Below, piece by piece: positions 43,742-57,800 of a stretch of 64,000 nt of DNA. The notes beneath the pieces are model-generated. The model was given only the letters and a program-made list of their open reading frames with translations, did not search any database and had not been told where the DNA came from. This stretch comes from Tubiluchus corallicola. Lineage: Eukaryota; Animalia; Priapulida. The stretch lies in contig JAQGDQ010000225.1 in NCBI GenBank assembly GCA_030141605.1, positions 62,001-126,000 of the forward strand. Direction: 5' to 3'. The position numbers were made by a program, and so were the translations under genes. Numbering within the stretch: position 1 is the stretch's first letter; each line of letters begins with the position of its first letter.

Positions 43742-44749
43742 GTCTTACCAGTTATACATATATCCAATAAAATGCAGCTAAAAACATTAAACGAAACCAT
43801 TGAAATTTTCACTTTTTACTACAAAGAAGACATACTTAATGCATGAATTACGAATTCTCCTTCGTGTTAGTTTCAATGGTCGGCAAAGACATGAGTCCGA
43901 AACAATAAGATTGGCTTTAATGAAACCACTGATCATGCCTTTATGAATAACTAGCACACTACAAACAGTTCTTTTACGAAAGCTTACCACGCAATTCGCA
44001 ATTGATGCCACAGTAGGCATAGCCTTTCCCATTGCTAGTGACAAGTGTCCTCAGTCAGTCACTTTATTTACTTCTTAGAGAAAATGATGTCACAAGCCTC
44101 CTTGAGTATAACACTTTCATGGCTCAATAAAACGTGCCTACTGAACTTCACTCTTGGGTTGGTATTCCCTGTTTAGGCACAATATGCAATATTGATCTCT
44201 TAGTGAAACAAAAGCCTGCATGTTTATGGGTGGACACATCTCCACATATTTGTGGGTGGATGCTATTGACCTTCAGTCAAAGTCAAAGTCAAGTGACAAA
44301 TGTTAACCATTTCTCTGTCGATGGTATTATTCTCATTTTATTCAAAGCTTTACTGTCTATAACCTTTGTGGCTTGAAAGGCGATATGTAAATACTTGGAT
44401 ACACATACTTGGATCTAACATAAGACATACAACCTTCTTTAAGAACAAGTGCTTCATAGTGACCTTATTCCCATTAGTACATTCATGTGAAAAGCTTGAG
44501 CTCAGAGCGTTGGAGATGCACAGAGAAGTTTTGAAGTCTTGAATAATATACTTCCAAAAAGTCTTTGAAGACATACTAGAAGTTTGGGGTGCACATGGTT
44601 AGTATACATACTTCAACTCGCTAACTGGTGCTGGCATTAGAGATTATAAGAAGAGGTGAAACAAGCAAAACAAACATGGTGGGTGTGGGCTAAAAACACA
44701 GTTAGATTTACAGACAGGTTAGGTGGGATGGCAACCTCATGGTAGAAAC

Positions 44750-45965
44750 CGCAGAAGGTGCTAGTGCTCGGAAGTGATCTCTAGAAGTGATTTCTCTGAT
44801 ATCCGGTGGAAGTTTGTTCCACAGACATATTGCTCAGGGTTGAAGGAGTATAAAAAAATATTGACTCTTGCTGATGGCTGAACAAATTTGTTGTTATCTT
44901 TGAGAGATGGGGTAATGTAAGTTGGTAAATTTATACCTATCTTGTTATGCACTATATCATGAAAGATGTATAGTACCGTTTGTCAGCGTCTAATTTCTAG
45001 TGTTTCCCACCCGAGTTCGGAGATCATCCTAGATACTTCAGCATCTCTGGTATATTCATTTCGTACAAATCGTGCTGCATTTCGCTGGACTTGCTCGATG
45101 TGCTTGATGTCAGTAAATGTGTATGGATTCCAGGCTGCAATACCATATTCTAGTTTGGGCCCGACCAGGGCTTGATTTGCTCTTTCTTTGACTTGTTGGT
45201 GACATGGATGTAGTGTCCTGCGAATGACATGAAGTGTCCTGGTTGTACGAGTGACAATTTTTTGGCTGTGCTCACCCCAAAACGAAGACTTGTGCTGATG
45301 GTAATGCCCAGGTATGGGTGTGAAGGAACATTCTCTAGGATTTTGTCTCCCATGCTGTAAGGAAAGTAATTTGGGTTTTTCTTTTGAGAAATAGGTAGGA
45401 TTTTGCATTTATCAATGTTAAAGTCCAGTTTTCCCACATAATTGTATCTGTGAGAGATCTTGTTGTAGAATATGGTGACCTTGATTACTCAATATAGGTC
45501 AATAGAGAATCGAGTCGTCAGCAAATAGTCGGATGTTAGATGATATATTGTCACCGATGTCATTTATATAGAGGACGAATAAAGACGGTCTAAGGACTGA
45601 GTACCATTGACAGAGACCTTCTGCGTTCACTCAGAAAGAAAAGATTTTACCCATTTCAGCATATGACCTCTGATACCACAGAATACGAGCTTTGTTAAGA
45701 GGCGCTGATGTGGGACCCGGTCGAAAGCTTTGCTGAAGTCAAGCAAGACAGTATCAACCTGGCAGACTTTATTGCCTTGTTTGTCATTTAAAGCTAATGT
45801 CCAGTCACGTGTTGAGAAGATCAGCTGAGTTAAACATGAAAAACGCGAACGAAAACCGTGTTGGACCCCCTTAATAATGTTATGGTTATCAAGATGTTTG
45901 TTGACATGGGAGAGGCAGATATGCTCCGTTATTTTACAGGCTATGCATGTTAATGAGATCGGTCT
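44750..45965 (-). mobile_element. 5'-truncated, frameshifted LINE (RT domain and C-terminus)
   Basis: RPISLTCIACKITEHI, QHGFRS, LLDFSKAFDRVPHQRLL, LFADDSI, YLGITIS, PKLEYGIAAWNP, EQVQRNAARFV, LGWETLEIRR. Confidence 0.92.
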
Positions 45966-45984
45966 TGCATTTCAAAACATCAGC

Positions 45985-46239
45985 ACCTTTTCCCATTTGC
46001 GGTACTATTGACATAATAAGCTTGATTGATTTGCACTATGAAGGCAGGCAATAGAAATTCATTCACAGCCAACTGCTCCAAAACATCAGGTGGAAATTTT
46101 AGCTATTATACAAGACTGCAACATCAATGGGTCAAGGTCAAGGTAGTGACCTTTTCCCATTTGCGGTACTATTGATATAATAAGCTAGATTGATTTGCAC
46201 CATGCAGGCAAGCAATAGAAATTCATTCACAGCAAACTG
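45985..46239. repeat. Local ~90-bp direct duplication next to the LINE 5' truncation point
   Basis: ccttttcccatttgcggtactattga...gcaatagaaattcattcacagc at ~45985-46075 and ~46149-46239. Confidence 0.8.
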
Positions 46240-48812
46240 TTGCAAGGGAAATAAGAATACCAATCTAATTGACTATGCTAAAGCTCATTATAATCCGTAC
46301 CCCATTTTTATTTATAAAATAAAATTAATTTCATTACTGTTATAATTTATGATCAACATGATCTATTATTTGTGCATAAAACTACGAATACTGCTGTATT
46401 GACTCATTAAGTAATTTTAATGGTACGACAGAGTGCGCTGCGAGGCAGAAACAACCAATAAGAAAACGCAAGGGGCAAGATAAGCTTTGGTTTTTACCGT
46501 TTTTGAGGTTTTGGAATTAATAATAAGAACCTGTAGATGACCTAGGGAACCAAAACTAGGAACTGCTATCATAGCCGAGGGAGATAAATGATAACTAAAT
46601 AAGTTCAATGCGCCAACTCAGTATTCAGAAACTAAAAATTTCTAATTATACAACAAAGTTCACAATAACACAAAAAACAGCATACATGTATACTGCGTGT
46701 TATTATACTATCGAAAGCGTCACTTTAACAGCGATACTACATCGGCTGAATCAGGCGTGAAAATAATTGATAAAAATAAATAGGGGGCTCTGTCGGATCA
46801 TGGCATATGAAACTCAACATTATACTGTACAATAATTACAAAACGTCAGTGTCTGCAGTCTGTCACCTAGTCTAGCTCTAAATGAAGTGCAGACAGTGAT
46901 GGCTGACGTAAAAATTAATAGCTATTCGTACAGTATAGGAAGAATAACATGTCGAACATTACTGTCAGTTCAGCTAGGACGGCACTGCCTAGTGTTTCAG
47001 TCCAGAATGCAATCAATGCCAGATTGGGCTGGCAACCTTGGTAACGTTAATTCACACAGCATAGGCCTATCGTCTAAAAATTTTACAATACAAAGATGGC
47101 TGTTTCAGATTGATGGATTACTAAGTTCATAAACCCAAAATTCATCTCAAAATCCATGGAAGACCGTCTAGTCTGGATGGCGGTAATTATCGTAACTTTG
47201 TAGGGTCAGGTTTTCCGTCGCCATGGTCATTAAAGTTTGCCATACCTTTGAAATAAAATCTTGTGCGTCAATATGGTCCGTGTCCCGCTACAAAAGTTAG
47301 AGGCATTCGAAAAGCATCTGTATTTTAGTGTTGACTTACTCGGACGGCACAAGCCTAATTATGATAATTTTATAGCTGCTTGGTTCTGCAGGACGTAATT
47401 TTTGAAAGACAACGCACTAAGAACAAATCAGAAGCTGCACTATGGTTTATTTCGGCCTACATTCCAGGATCTGTTTAAAATTAACGAATCACACGTAGAT
47501 TTTTCTAACTTACCTTTCGTAAGTACTAGTACTACACTAATGCAACGCACTTAATTGCATTATATAAGCTATAAAAGAGTCGATCGTGGTGTATTGAATT
47601 AACTTCGTGCTCTTCAGCACGTACGTCGTCAAAGTGCAGAGGGCGGTAATGACAATGGTTGAAAATGCAAAGGGCTGGGAAGTAATAGTAATATCATATA
47701 AGTTTATAAAAATTTTGGAATACCCACTTTTTGAAAATTTTATTGCTATCGCTGCCCCACCACAAACATAGAATGATGATAACGATAATCAATAAAATTA
47801 TAGGCAGCGAACAGTACTAACAGAGTAACAGTCTTTGAGAACTTAGCTTAGTGAATAGCATTCCATAATCTCTACTGCTAAAGGTTAACACTTGTACTGG
47901 TGTGTCACTGTAGCATAAACTTTAAATAAAGCATGTATGTACGTGCCATCTCCCAACATTACATGAAACAGCCTAGGTAGCAACTCGTTACACAACAGCT
48001 TGCTACGTTTAGAATGAATAACATCATCAGTTAAAACTTTGAATATCAAAAAGTCACCTCGTCTGAAGTTTTTGCTCCTAAGTCAAACACACCCGTGGTA
48101 ATGTCAGAACTCTACAGTCAGTGCGTTTGACATTTTTTTACGATTTTTAAATACAGGTTCAATACAGTACAAAAACTACACATATAGAAGTATCATTTTC
48201 GCCCGAGAGATGGAGCGGCTGGCACAATTCCAAATTTTTGTAGTTACGTGAACTGGCACCGTAATCGTAGTTTTTTGCCTTTTTTCAAGTTAACGTAATA
48301 ATATAATCACAGCCACAGCGACATTAGCACCTACTAACTGGAAAGACTGATTCATTAGCATAAACACAATAAATACTTGTACTTTAGTGTGAATCTTTGC
48401 TCGTGTTAATCAAAAACTTGACAACACTCACATTTAAGCCACCAAATTAGCAGCTGCCTCCTTTTCTTAAATATCATGTTCCCACGCCCGTTATGAAGGA
48501 CGACCTACAGACTTGAAGTTGACAGTTTATGTGGGCCCAGTTTTTGCTTTTAACAAGGTTGCAACAGAATCCCAGGTAGACAACAAGCTGACTACATTTT
48601 GTTTCTGATTAGTAATATAATTTACTAATGCACTGTAGTATTTCCATGTATATTAACATTTTTGGCCAGGACATAATTAAAAACCTGTATTACATTTTCT
48701 GACATTGTAATCCTACAAAAGACCAGTCAGATACCGAATGTGCACAGTTAAATGAAGTCAGCAGTTCTACATTAACTTAATTTTGATTGTTGTTACTTTT
48801 AGGCCCTTTATT

Positions 48813-50329
48813 TATTGTTACCATGTTGTCTGAGTTGAAAAAGAGGACACTTTTTTGCACACTAGTAAATAGGCAAAAATGACCAGTCTAGGGTCTATTA
48901 AAACAATGCAAAGTAAAATGCAAATTATATAAATAGGCCTACATGTATTCTAATAGCAATACCAAATGGCTATACTGCAAAAAACATTGACACACTGCAA
49001 CTGTCAGTCGTCTGCTTCTTCTTGGCTCTCAGAAACAGCTACGCTTGAACTCGACTGAGCCCGAGGCTGAGACCAAGAATACTTTTCCGAAGACCGAATT
49101 GCTTTCAGCAATTTCGGTCGACTGCACAGATATGCATAAAAGTCTTTGCATCACAGATGTTTAAAATTATGCTTAACAAAGAGAATTCCTTTCACGGATT
49201 CAACATGCAACTTGTTTCTTTCCTTTGTCCACTGGCTTTGCATAAGTGAAAACACTCGTTTAGCGTTAGCGTTGTGTGAAGGAATCGCAAAGAAAAATTC
49301 TGCAAGAAGTTCTGAGAAGCATTCCTCGTTCTTGCAACTGCTGAAGTACTTCACCCATCTCTCATGAGCCAATAACTTGTTGAAGTCGTCATCTTTACAA
49401 TTTGCTTCAACAAATTTCTTCAAATTGCACAGCTGATCAAAACATTTGGATTCGTCAACATGCACGCCATTTTCACTCAGATAGTAAACAGTTACTTCAA
49501 CGTCATTCCAAATCGGGATTTCGGTTAGAGTCATCCACGCAAATCTGGTGAACTCCTCCAACGGCTGAGTCCACATTATGAGGTATTCCAGACATGTACT
49601 GTACAGTGTGACCACTTGTGAACAGAAAGCATCACAACGGTCATCCAGGCCATCTTGACGCAACTTTCTCAACAGTTCCTTCACCTTCAGTGACATAAAG
49701 CTGTCTTGTGCACAGCACTGCAGAACAGATTTAAGGCAGTTCATAATCTCTAGCAACGAGTTGTTTTCACATTCAATTTCTTCAATGTGAGAATGAATTA
49801 TGTGCATCAGAGAATGCACATGCCAAAGGTAAGCTTCACTGAGATCATCTTCAAAGAACTTCCGTAATACAGCGGGCGATTTCTCCTGAGACAAAAAGTA
49901 AGACTTCAATGCTGGAAATATTTGCAACATACGGTTGGAATGCCTGGCAACAATGACAGCCATCGGGTTTTGCTGTGATAAAGGAGCTGACGATATTCCA
50001 ATTCAACAAATTCGCAGTATTCTTTCAGATGTTAGTCGTTAGCGAATATGCCGAGCATCGACAGCGGTGTGACCCATAGTGATGTGCGCATCGCTTACTT
50101 TTGTTCAGTAAACACGTACACAAAGCTTTTACAAGGGTTGCATTTTGAGATGTTAGCAACATCTTGTATTGAAAATTAACAAGCTTTTCTTTGTCTCGTA
50201 CGCCTCTGCAGTTGGAAACGTCCGTACATACGGATCGAGGCAAAACCCGGACAAACTGACGATTTTTGAAAACCCACCCGGCCCAAAAAGAGGACATGTC
50301 CGGGGAAACCCGGACGTATGGTAACCCTA
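48813..50329 (-). mobile_element. Internally deleted hAT transposon (Blackjack-like) with the C-terminal part of the transposase
   Basis: Perfect 8-bp TSD cctttatt (48805-48812, 50330-50337); TIR tagggttaccatacgtcc with a degenerate partner tattgttaccat; ORF 49963-49151 includes the hATC-type motif FFAIPSHNANAKRVFSLMQSQWTKERNKL. Confidence 0.9.
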
Positions 50330-51879
50330 CCTTTATTATCATAGCATATGTCACCAAAACTGCATTTAACAACAATAAAGTTGATTTGTTAGCCTTTCAT
50401 AAACTGGAACCAAGCCGTTTGTGATTAGGAAGCAGTCTTCTGTTATTCGGCTCCTGATGTCAGCCCTAATATTGTATTTCTGCAGCACAAATGCTCAGCC
50501 TAGAGCTCTTTTCAGACAATGTCTTGCATTGTTCGCAGCAAAATTTATATTATTACAAGTGCTGTGTGTCTAACAGGATTTTGGCTGATGAGGAAAATAC
50601 TAGGGTCATTGGCTGGTATTTGAATACATGTAACTGGTAAATATGAGAGGCTCCTGTATTGCCTGGAAAGCACCACGTGCACATTTGTAAAGACCGAATT
50701 TTGTAAAATGTTAAGAAAGTTACACTGTATTGCGGGATATGGTTGTATATGCCTACAAGCACTTCAGGTACCACCCTACTACTAGCGTGAACTAATAAAT
50801 TGCTACTGTAGACTTTGGCACTTAACAGATGAACTAAGGTAACATGGTTATTCTGAGTACTATACAAATGATATATATAGAAGTATCATATGCAAGTGAT
50901 AATACAGTTGTAAGTAAAAGAACTTGTATTTCTTTTCTAGTATGACATGGGTAAACATTAGAATTCTCATTCTTGTCAAACATGTATGTTCAAGAAACTA
51001 ATCCAAAAGAAATACAATTATTTAAGAAACAGTGAGGTACTTTATTGTATATACACAACAGGAAAATATGCAACAATAGAAAACAATTGGTAAAAATTAG
51101 TTATTGTTACAATAATCTATATTCTGTATTCGCTAAGGTATAAAAATCGAAATTATATTTTTTTAGTCCATACAGTCAAATGAATGGACACGAGTCAAAT
51201 GTAAAACTGTAATACACTTTCCAGTATTTTTATAGTAAAACAGTAAAAGAACTGGAAATGTCTAAATAATGTAAGTCTTAGTACACTAGGTGGCTCAACC
51301 TGCAGATGTGAAGCATGTTGCCCTTGGCTATTGTTCGTAATTTTTCCGTCGCGCTCACTCTTAAGATTTATTTGAGAGATTTTGTTAAATGTTAAATTCT
51401 GCCGATGCAAGATTTTTACATCAAATTAATGTTTGTGTGTCTGACTCATTTGCAAAGTTGTTTCTCTATTTCATGCTTGTTGCTACTGCAAGTTCTTACA
51501 ACATACGTTCATCAAATCATTGCAGAAAACCTGATACCGTTTGCATAATAACCGCAAACTAGAGTTTTTTGATGACAAAACTTCAACGAAAATTTGGCCC
51601 ACTAAGATACGAAAATCAACTTTTATCTACCTTTACAAAACTACCCTTATATAAATGATGAAGAATGTGTGTCTTTGATGGATGTGTTATGTGGCAGAAT
51701 GAAATCTAGCACTTCTCTGTTTATTTGAAAGAAGCTGTTCACTAATGAACAGAAACACTAGTTTCAGTCTCATGTCAAATATTCACTTATCAATAAATAA
51801 TGGATGCTGGCAAGAGTTTTGCCAGGTCAAACGCATGCACACTGCATCGGCTAGGGATTAGAAAACATCGTTAAAGTGC

Positions 51880-54800
51880 CTAGTTATCTAATCGCTCTAA
51901 CTGATCTATAAAATGAGGTATTCCGCTCTCTCGCTTGGTGAGTATGTCCACTCCGGTATCCGTGACTAGTAATGTATGCTCAAACTGTGCTGACCGCCGG
52001 CCATCCTGAGTCACCGCTGTCCAGTTATCTGGCCATATGACATCTCGCCATGTGCCTATAAGGTTAGAAAAGTTAGATGTGGCTGTTCCAATTCCAATTA
52101 TTCCAAGTAAAAAACACTTCAGAACAATTAATGCGTTTTAGAACAACCCAATAACATAACACCAAAATCTAATAACCAAATTATGCATTTTCAGCTCATT
52201 TAGAATCACAAATGAGAAACTGTTACCTATACCTTATACAAGTTTAAAACACGCGAAAACACTATTCTTACATAAAGCTAAAAAATTCGCCTTGAAATTT
52301 TGTATCACCTACATACTGTGTTACTGTAGGCTGAGCTTGTATTACAGTAACATTTGTATAATTGTAAATTCAAACTTCCGCAATCACTGTCAGTCGCAGC
52401 CATTTTAAGGTAAGTTGTATAAAACAAGTATAAATAACCTTACATTACACAAATGGCACAAGCATGCTAATTTGCAATATTAAGCACTACCTAAATCTTG
52501 CTCCTCTTACTCCAAACTACGACAGCGCAACTTAGAAAGTAGTTGTTTAGATTACTTATAATGGATGATAGAAGCACAGTCAAACCTCTTTATACGCCTA
52601 TTTTGGGACAGGAAAACAGTTGGCGTTATAATGAGGTGTGTAAAATTTTGACATAGACGAATCACAGAACTGTCAGACAAGTCTGCACATGTTCGAGTCA
52701 TTTAGTGCAATTGTCACTCTAAAGGCTAATGAATTAAAAGAAAACTATTAAATTAATCATTTGTGAATTAAGGACTCATTCAAAATCAATCATTTTTATC
52801 AATAACATTTTGTTTTCATAACAAAGGCATCTGGTACACAACCATATACATGTAATAGGCTCTCTGCCTTTACTATTGTGACTGTACGATGTACAGTACA
52901 GCTTGAAAACAATCAAAGCCTGATAACATGTATTATTTTACAGGACACGTGACATCTGGTCAGTGTCAGTGAAGCGTCTATCAGCCTCGTACAACTAGCA
53001 TAATATCAAGGTTGCTGGTGTGGTTGGCAGTATTTCCCCATTGAACATATATATTAAATTGCTTGGCGGATGGCTGGTTAACTGGAGGCAGTATAACTGG
53101 TTATTTTTAATACATTTTAATACAGCTGTTTTGTTCTTGGCCATTTTGCAGGTGGTAAACGAGTTTGGCATTATAACAAGTTTGACTGTATAATAGAAAG
53201 TAACTGTTTGGATTACTGATAACGAATGGTAGAAGTATAAAGCAGCCTATTATTTTGCATTTATCTGTCAGCCTCACACTATTGGACTCTAGTAAAAAAG
53301 TGGCTACTCTCTGGCTTACAGGCAATAGAGTACGACTAGATACATTTGACTTGATGATAATCACCTTCAGAGATCATGGGTTCTATGGTGAAAGCATGCC
53401 CTGGTTTCATCACTCCTACGGCTTTGTTTTCTGCAAACGTATTAAACTTTAGTTTAGAGACATGTGATGCTCACACTACAAGCGTAGCCAGGTTTTAAAG
53501 TTAGGGGGAACAAGTGCATGAAAAAGGTGCAGTGACACGTACTAAGCAATTTTTATCACATTTATTATGCATTTTAATTTTGTGTTTAATATCAAAACAC
53601 GAGGAAGATACAGTTTTAAAGAAGTAATTAATTGTTATTTTGAATAATTACATATTTTACTTATGTATAATACGTATACGAAAATAGTCAAAATACGTAT
53701 AATAAAATATAAAGACACTGAAATTTGCCTATGCAATATATGCTTACAACTAGACAGTGATGTGACAGGAATAGATTTGGGGCAATTTGATCTACCTTGA
53801 CAAATGAGTTGCGTGCATGCTTATTTCAAAAACAAGGGAGGCAGATTAGTCAAATAAAGTAAAGACTGTTGTTGAAAAGGCACCAGTTTTGAAAAATGTT
53901 CTCAAATGTTCCCCCTGCTCTCCAATTAGCTACAACACTGTCTCATACAACACCAAACCCACAACGAGTTCTGAATACGCAGTAAGTTACAAAACATTTC
54001 CCAACAGTTGAATGACATTTGCATCTTGCACATTTCGGCTGAATGATCACTGCCATATTATAAAAGTGAAATTTTGAACTCTGATTGTGTGCAAATAATT
54101 AATGGAAAATGTCAACTTAATAAATTCCAATGGTTGCATTTGCAAAGTAATTCCTGTATGAAAATCGATTTAAAAATGAATCAAGCTTGTTGTTGTGTAG
54201 TTCCAGAAATTTGTCTTGTTGAGTAAATCAGGTAAAAGCAAATTTTGTTGTTTTTTCGGTCAAAGGTTGACCTAAATCGCTACTTATCGGAATGTTGTTG
54301 TTCTTATTGCTGGCAGGTTGACCTTTTTGAAAAAACGTAAGGGTTGCTGAATTTGCAATGGATTGTCATACTACAGCGATTCAATTCATCATTGATAGCA
54401 GAGTCAAACTTTTGATTTGCTATTTTGAATTGAAGATGGCAGCAATAATAAGAGTTTTGAAAAAGTTTAAGGCACTGCCAGTTTACAAATGATTGTCAAG
54501 AAATTTTGCAAGAATACACTAGAGCAAGTTACACATCGACTGACGGATTCCGATTTTCTAACTTCCATTTAAGCATCATTTTCAAAAAAAACCTAAAACT
54601 GCCAGTTTACAAACGGACTGTCAGTTGAGATTCAGGATGGCAACTTTGATATCATTTGTAATCCATAATCTTGAGTTCAACGAATCCCTCTACCAATAGT
54701 TCGAGCAGAACTTGTTTAACCCACAAAATCGTCCATTTACAGAGCCGAGTGTCCGGTCAGAAGGGCACGTGCACAGATGTTCCATTATTTTTTACTTTGA

Positions 54801-57800
54801 TAATTCTGCGTACTTGAAACGAAAAGCAGCAGGGACATACTTCATTTTAGAACAAGATAGTTGAGAAACTGAACTAGAGGAGGGAACTGGAGGGAATGCA
54901 TTGTTGTTACAGTTATACTTCAAGCTAGCTGTGTAAATACAAAGCAGCTTGTATGGGACACTGTAGTTATCTTGCAATGTATTTTACCTGACAAGAAACA
55001 TCATCAAATGCCAAGTGTTATGAACATTGCTCAAAAAATTAGTTAGCCTTGTAATATGTATCATAATGCACATTTTTGCTTCTTTTTCCGGGTTTTGTTC
55101 TGACATTTATGAATCGTTGCTATGTTTATTTTTTTATAAAAGTATTACTAATATGTGGAAATTGCAAGTTTGTGTTCAAATGTAAATAATTCAGTTTGTA
55201 AATAAATAAACATGAAAAAAATCAAATATTAAGATTAAGCAATTTTAAAACATTTAATAAGCTGTCTTGGAATACACTATGATTTAAAAAACAAGGTACC
55301 TACTTGCATAATGCGGTACACTTGGAGCAGTGTGAAATAACCTGCAATGAGATGGAAAAATTAATCAACTCTCACTTTGGTTCAAGGTAAACATTTACAG
55401 CATCATTTTGCCATGAAACCCCTAGTTTAAATCTTTCTTAAATTCAAATGTCACAGCACTATGGAACTAACCAACCTTAACAAAAGACTCTTATTGACTT
55501 ATAAGTCGTGGAGTTAACGCTGACTGATGATGGGCACAAGGTTCACTCAAAATGTGGCAGTACGAGGATGAGGATTTTAACAATGTCATCAATGTTTACA
55601 TTAATAAAACTTCTGCTGAAATAATGCTGGCTCAGTCACCTTCTTATCAAAATAAAACAGAAACCAAAAAATAAGCGAGAAGGTTTTTTTACAATCAAAA
55701 CACTTCTCCCACTCCACCACTTCTACATCTACATGCAGTCACATACCTATGAATGTCGTGTCCACAGTAACTTTTCACAACAGAGAATAAAACTTCTGCT
55801 GCAAAATAATGCCGGCTCAGTCGCCTTCTTATCAAAATAAAACGGAAACCAAAAAATAAGCAAGAAAGATTTTTTTACAATCAAAACACCTCTCCCACTC
55901 CACCACTTCTACATCTACATGCAGTCACATACCTATGAATGCCGTGTCCACAGTAACTTCTCACAACAGAGAAGCCATTGCTCTGCGCATGCTTCTGTAT
56001 CGCATTACCGATTTCTCGGTATCGCACCCCGGGTTTCACTGCAAAGTACAACAACTTGTTAAACCACATGCTTGTAGTGTCATACATGCGTATGACGAGT
56101 ATTGCCAATTAGCAAAGCTTTATAAAATGGCTGATGGCGACATTATTATCAACACTAACATGAAAGCATACGGAAAGAACAGGAAAGCATTCGCGGCAAG
56201 GATGCAAGTGAAATTTGAACCCAAAACACAGCTTAGCTCTTTCAGGATCATAAACGTTGCTGCATTTTGCATAGGTTCATAAAAAACTACTCTCACTGAG
56301 CAGCAATTACGTTATATTTTGTAGGTTTCTACTCGACATACAATGGATTTTCATGCAGAATTATATACGAAATGCATTTGCTTACTTTCGACAAATTAAA
56401 AATTGATTTTTGATGAAAAAATTGAAAAAAGTTTCCATTGTAACAATGTACAGTATTACTTGTGTGAAATCAGCTAATGCAGAAAATTCCAAATATCCAG
56501 ACACAACACTCTGATACACTTTGGCCTCAAGTCTATTCTGTTTTTAAGGAGAAATTCCTGTTAAAAGAAGAAACGACCTTAATTTCTCCTTGACAGATTG
56601 GTTGGCTTTTCCTGGAACTCTATACAGTAGAGGATTGTCTTGGGCTGTAGCAAGCAGGCGATCAATAAAATAGTGTGTACAATCATGCAAGTGTACACCA
56701 CGCTAAGTTGGAGTGCTTGACGTCTTTTTCTTAATTTTATCCAAGTAAATGTTTAAACAAATAGCATGATTGGATAGCCGAGATTCTCCTGAATAAAACA
56801 GTACCTAATTTGTAATTATTTAGTTGTCTGTGCTCACACAGTAGCAGAAAAGTCATAGGTCTTATAAGACCTATTTTGAATTGTGTGATCCTGAAGGAGT
56901 TAACATAGTAGTGTGTTAACTGTTAATTAGTTATGCTATGATAGTCAGATTGGTTAATTATCACGTAACAGTCCTGTGATCAAAGTGCACCTAAACATGT
57001 TGATAGTTTTAGGCTGTTTTCTCTTGACTTTTTTGATTACTACATAGCACTATTTGATGTTTCCAATGCCAGCTGCAATGATTTTTAATAGCTTTTCTTT
57101 TACTCAAGGCATGTCAAAGAAATAAGTACTGTACATGTTAAGTGAAATATCATCATCAACTCTGGAGCCACACGACCTCCGGAGCCACATCAGCCTTGCA
57201 GTCACTTCAGACCACGCTGCCCTGACACCTGTAACTTTTCATGTCTCTGTGTTTTTGACATCTAATGGTGTGTTGACAAGTTTTTTTTGGATGAAATTGG
57301 TGTAAGTCAGCAGCTGTGCTCCTTGTGATTTCTTTTCTTTCTACAGTGCTTCTTTGAAAGCTAACTTTAATGGACTGTCATCTGGTAGTCGTATAACATG
57401 TCCTGTCCATCTTGATCTTTTCCTTTTGATTTTAACTGTACATTCCTCTGCCTTGACTTTATTATATACATCCTGGTTTAATATTTTTCTTTGGCCATTT
57501 TATTCGTAGAATGTGCATATAGTTTCTTCTTTGAAATGTATCAATTTCTGATTTGTGACATGGTTTGATTGTCCATAATTCTGAATTATAGAGAAACAGT
57601 TTCAGTAGGGCAACAAAGCTTCTCAATTTTGTTTCTAGACTGACCCTCTAACTTTCAAAAATATATATGACTATTTTATGTATGTAAAGAAGCCTATTGG
57701 GATTCCAAATTTGATTCGAATTAACAGGAAATGCCAGTTAATAAAATGTGAACTCAGTTAAACACATGGTGGAACTAACTAATCGACGCAATTGATAACA

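Noticed and set aside
47154-47230. Hairpin-rich segment and short minus-strand ORF MATENLTLQSYDNYRHPD near the probable POGZ-like 5' end
   Set aside because: It lies downstream of candidate donors (47513, 47339, 47245), so it is probably intronic; the stems rely on many G-U pairs.
55519-55562. Hammerhead-ribozyme-like CTGATGA-T-GGG...CTC-aAAA-tgtg-gcagt
   Set aside because: The GAAA core and cleavage triplet are mutated (at least 3-4 changes needed); at best a dead Penelope-type remnant. A similar CTGAAGA at ~5173 also lacks GAAA.
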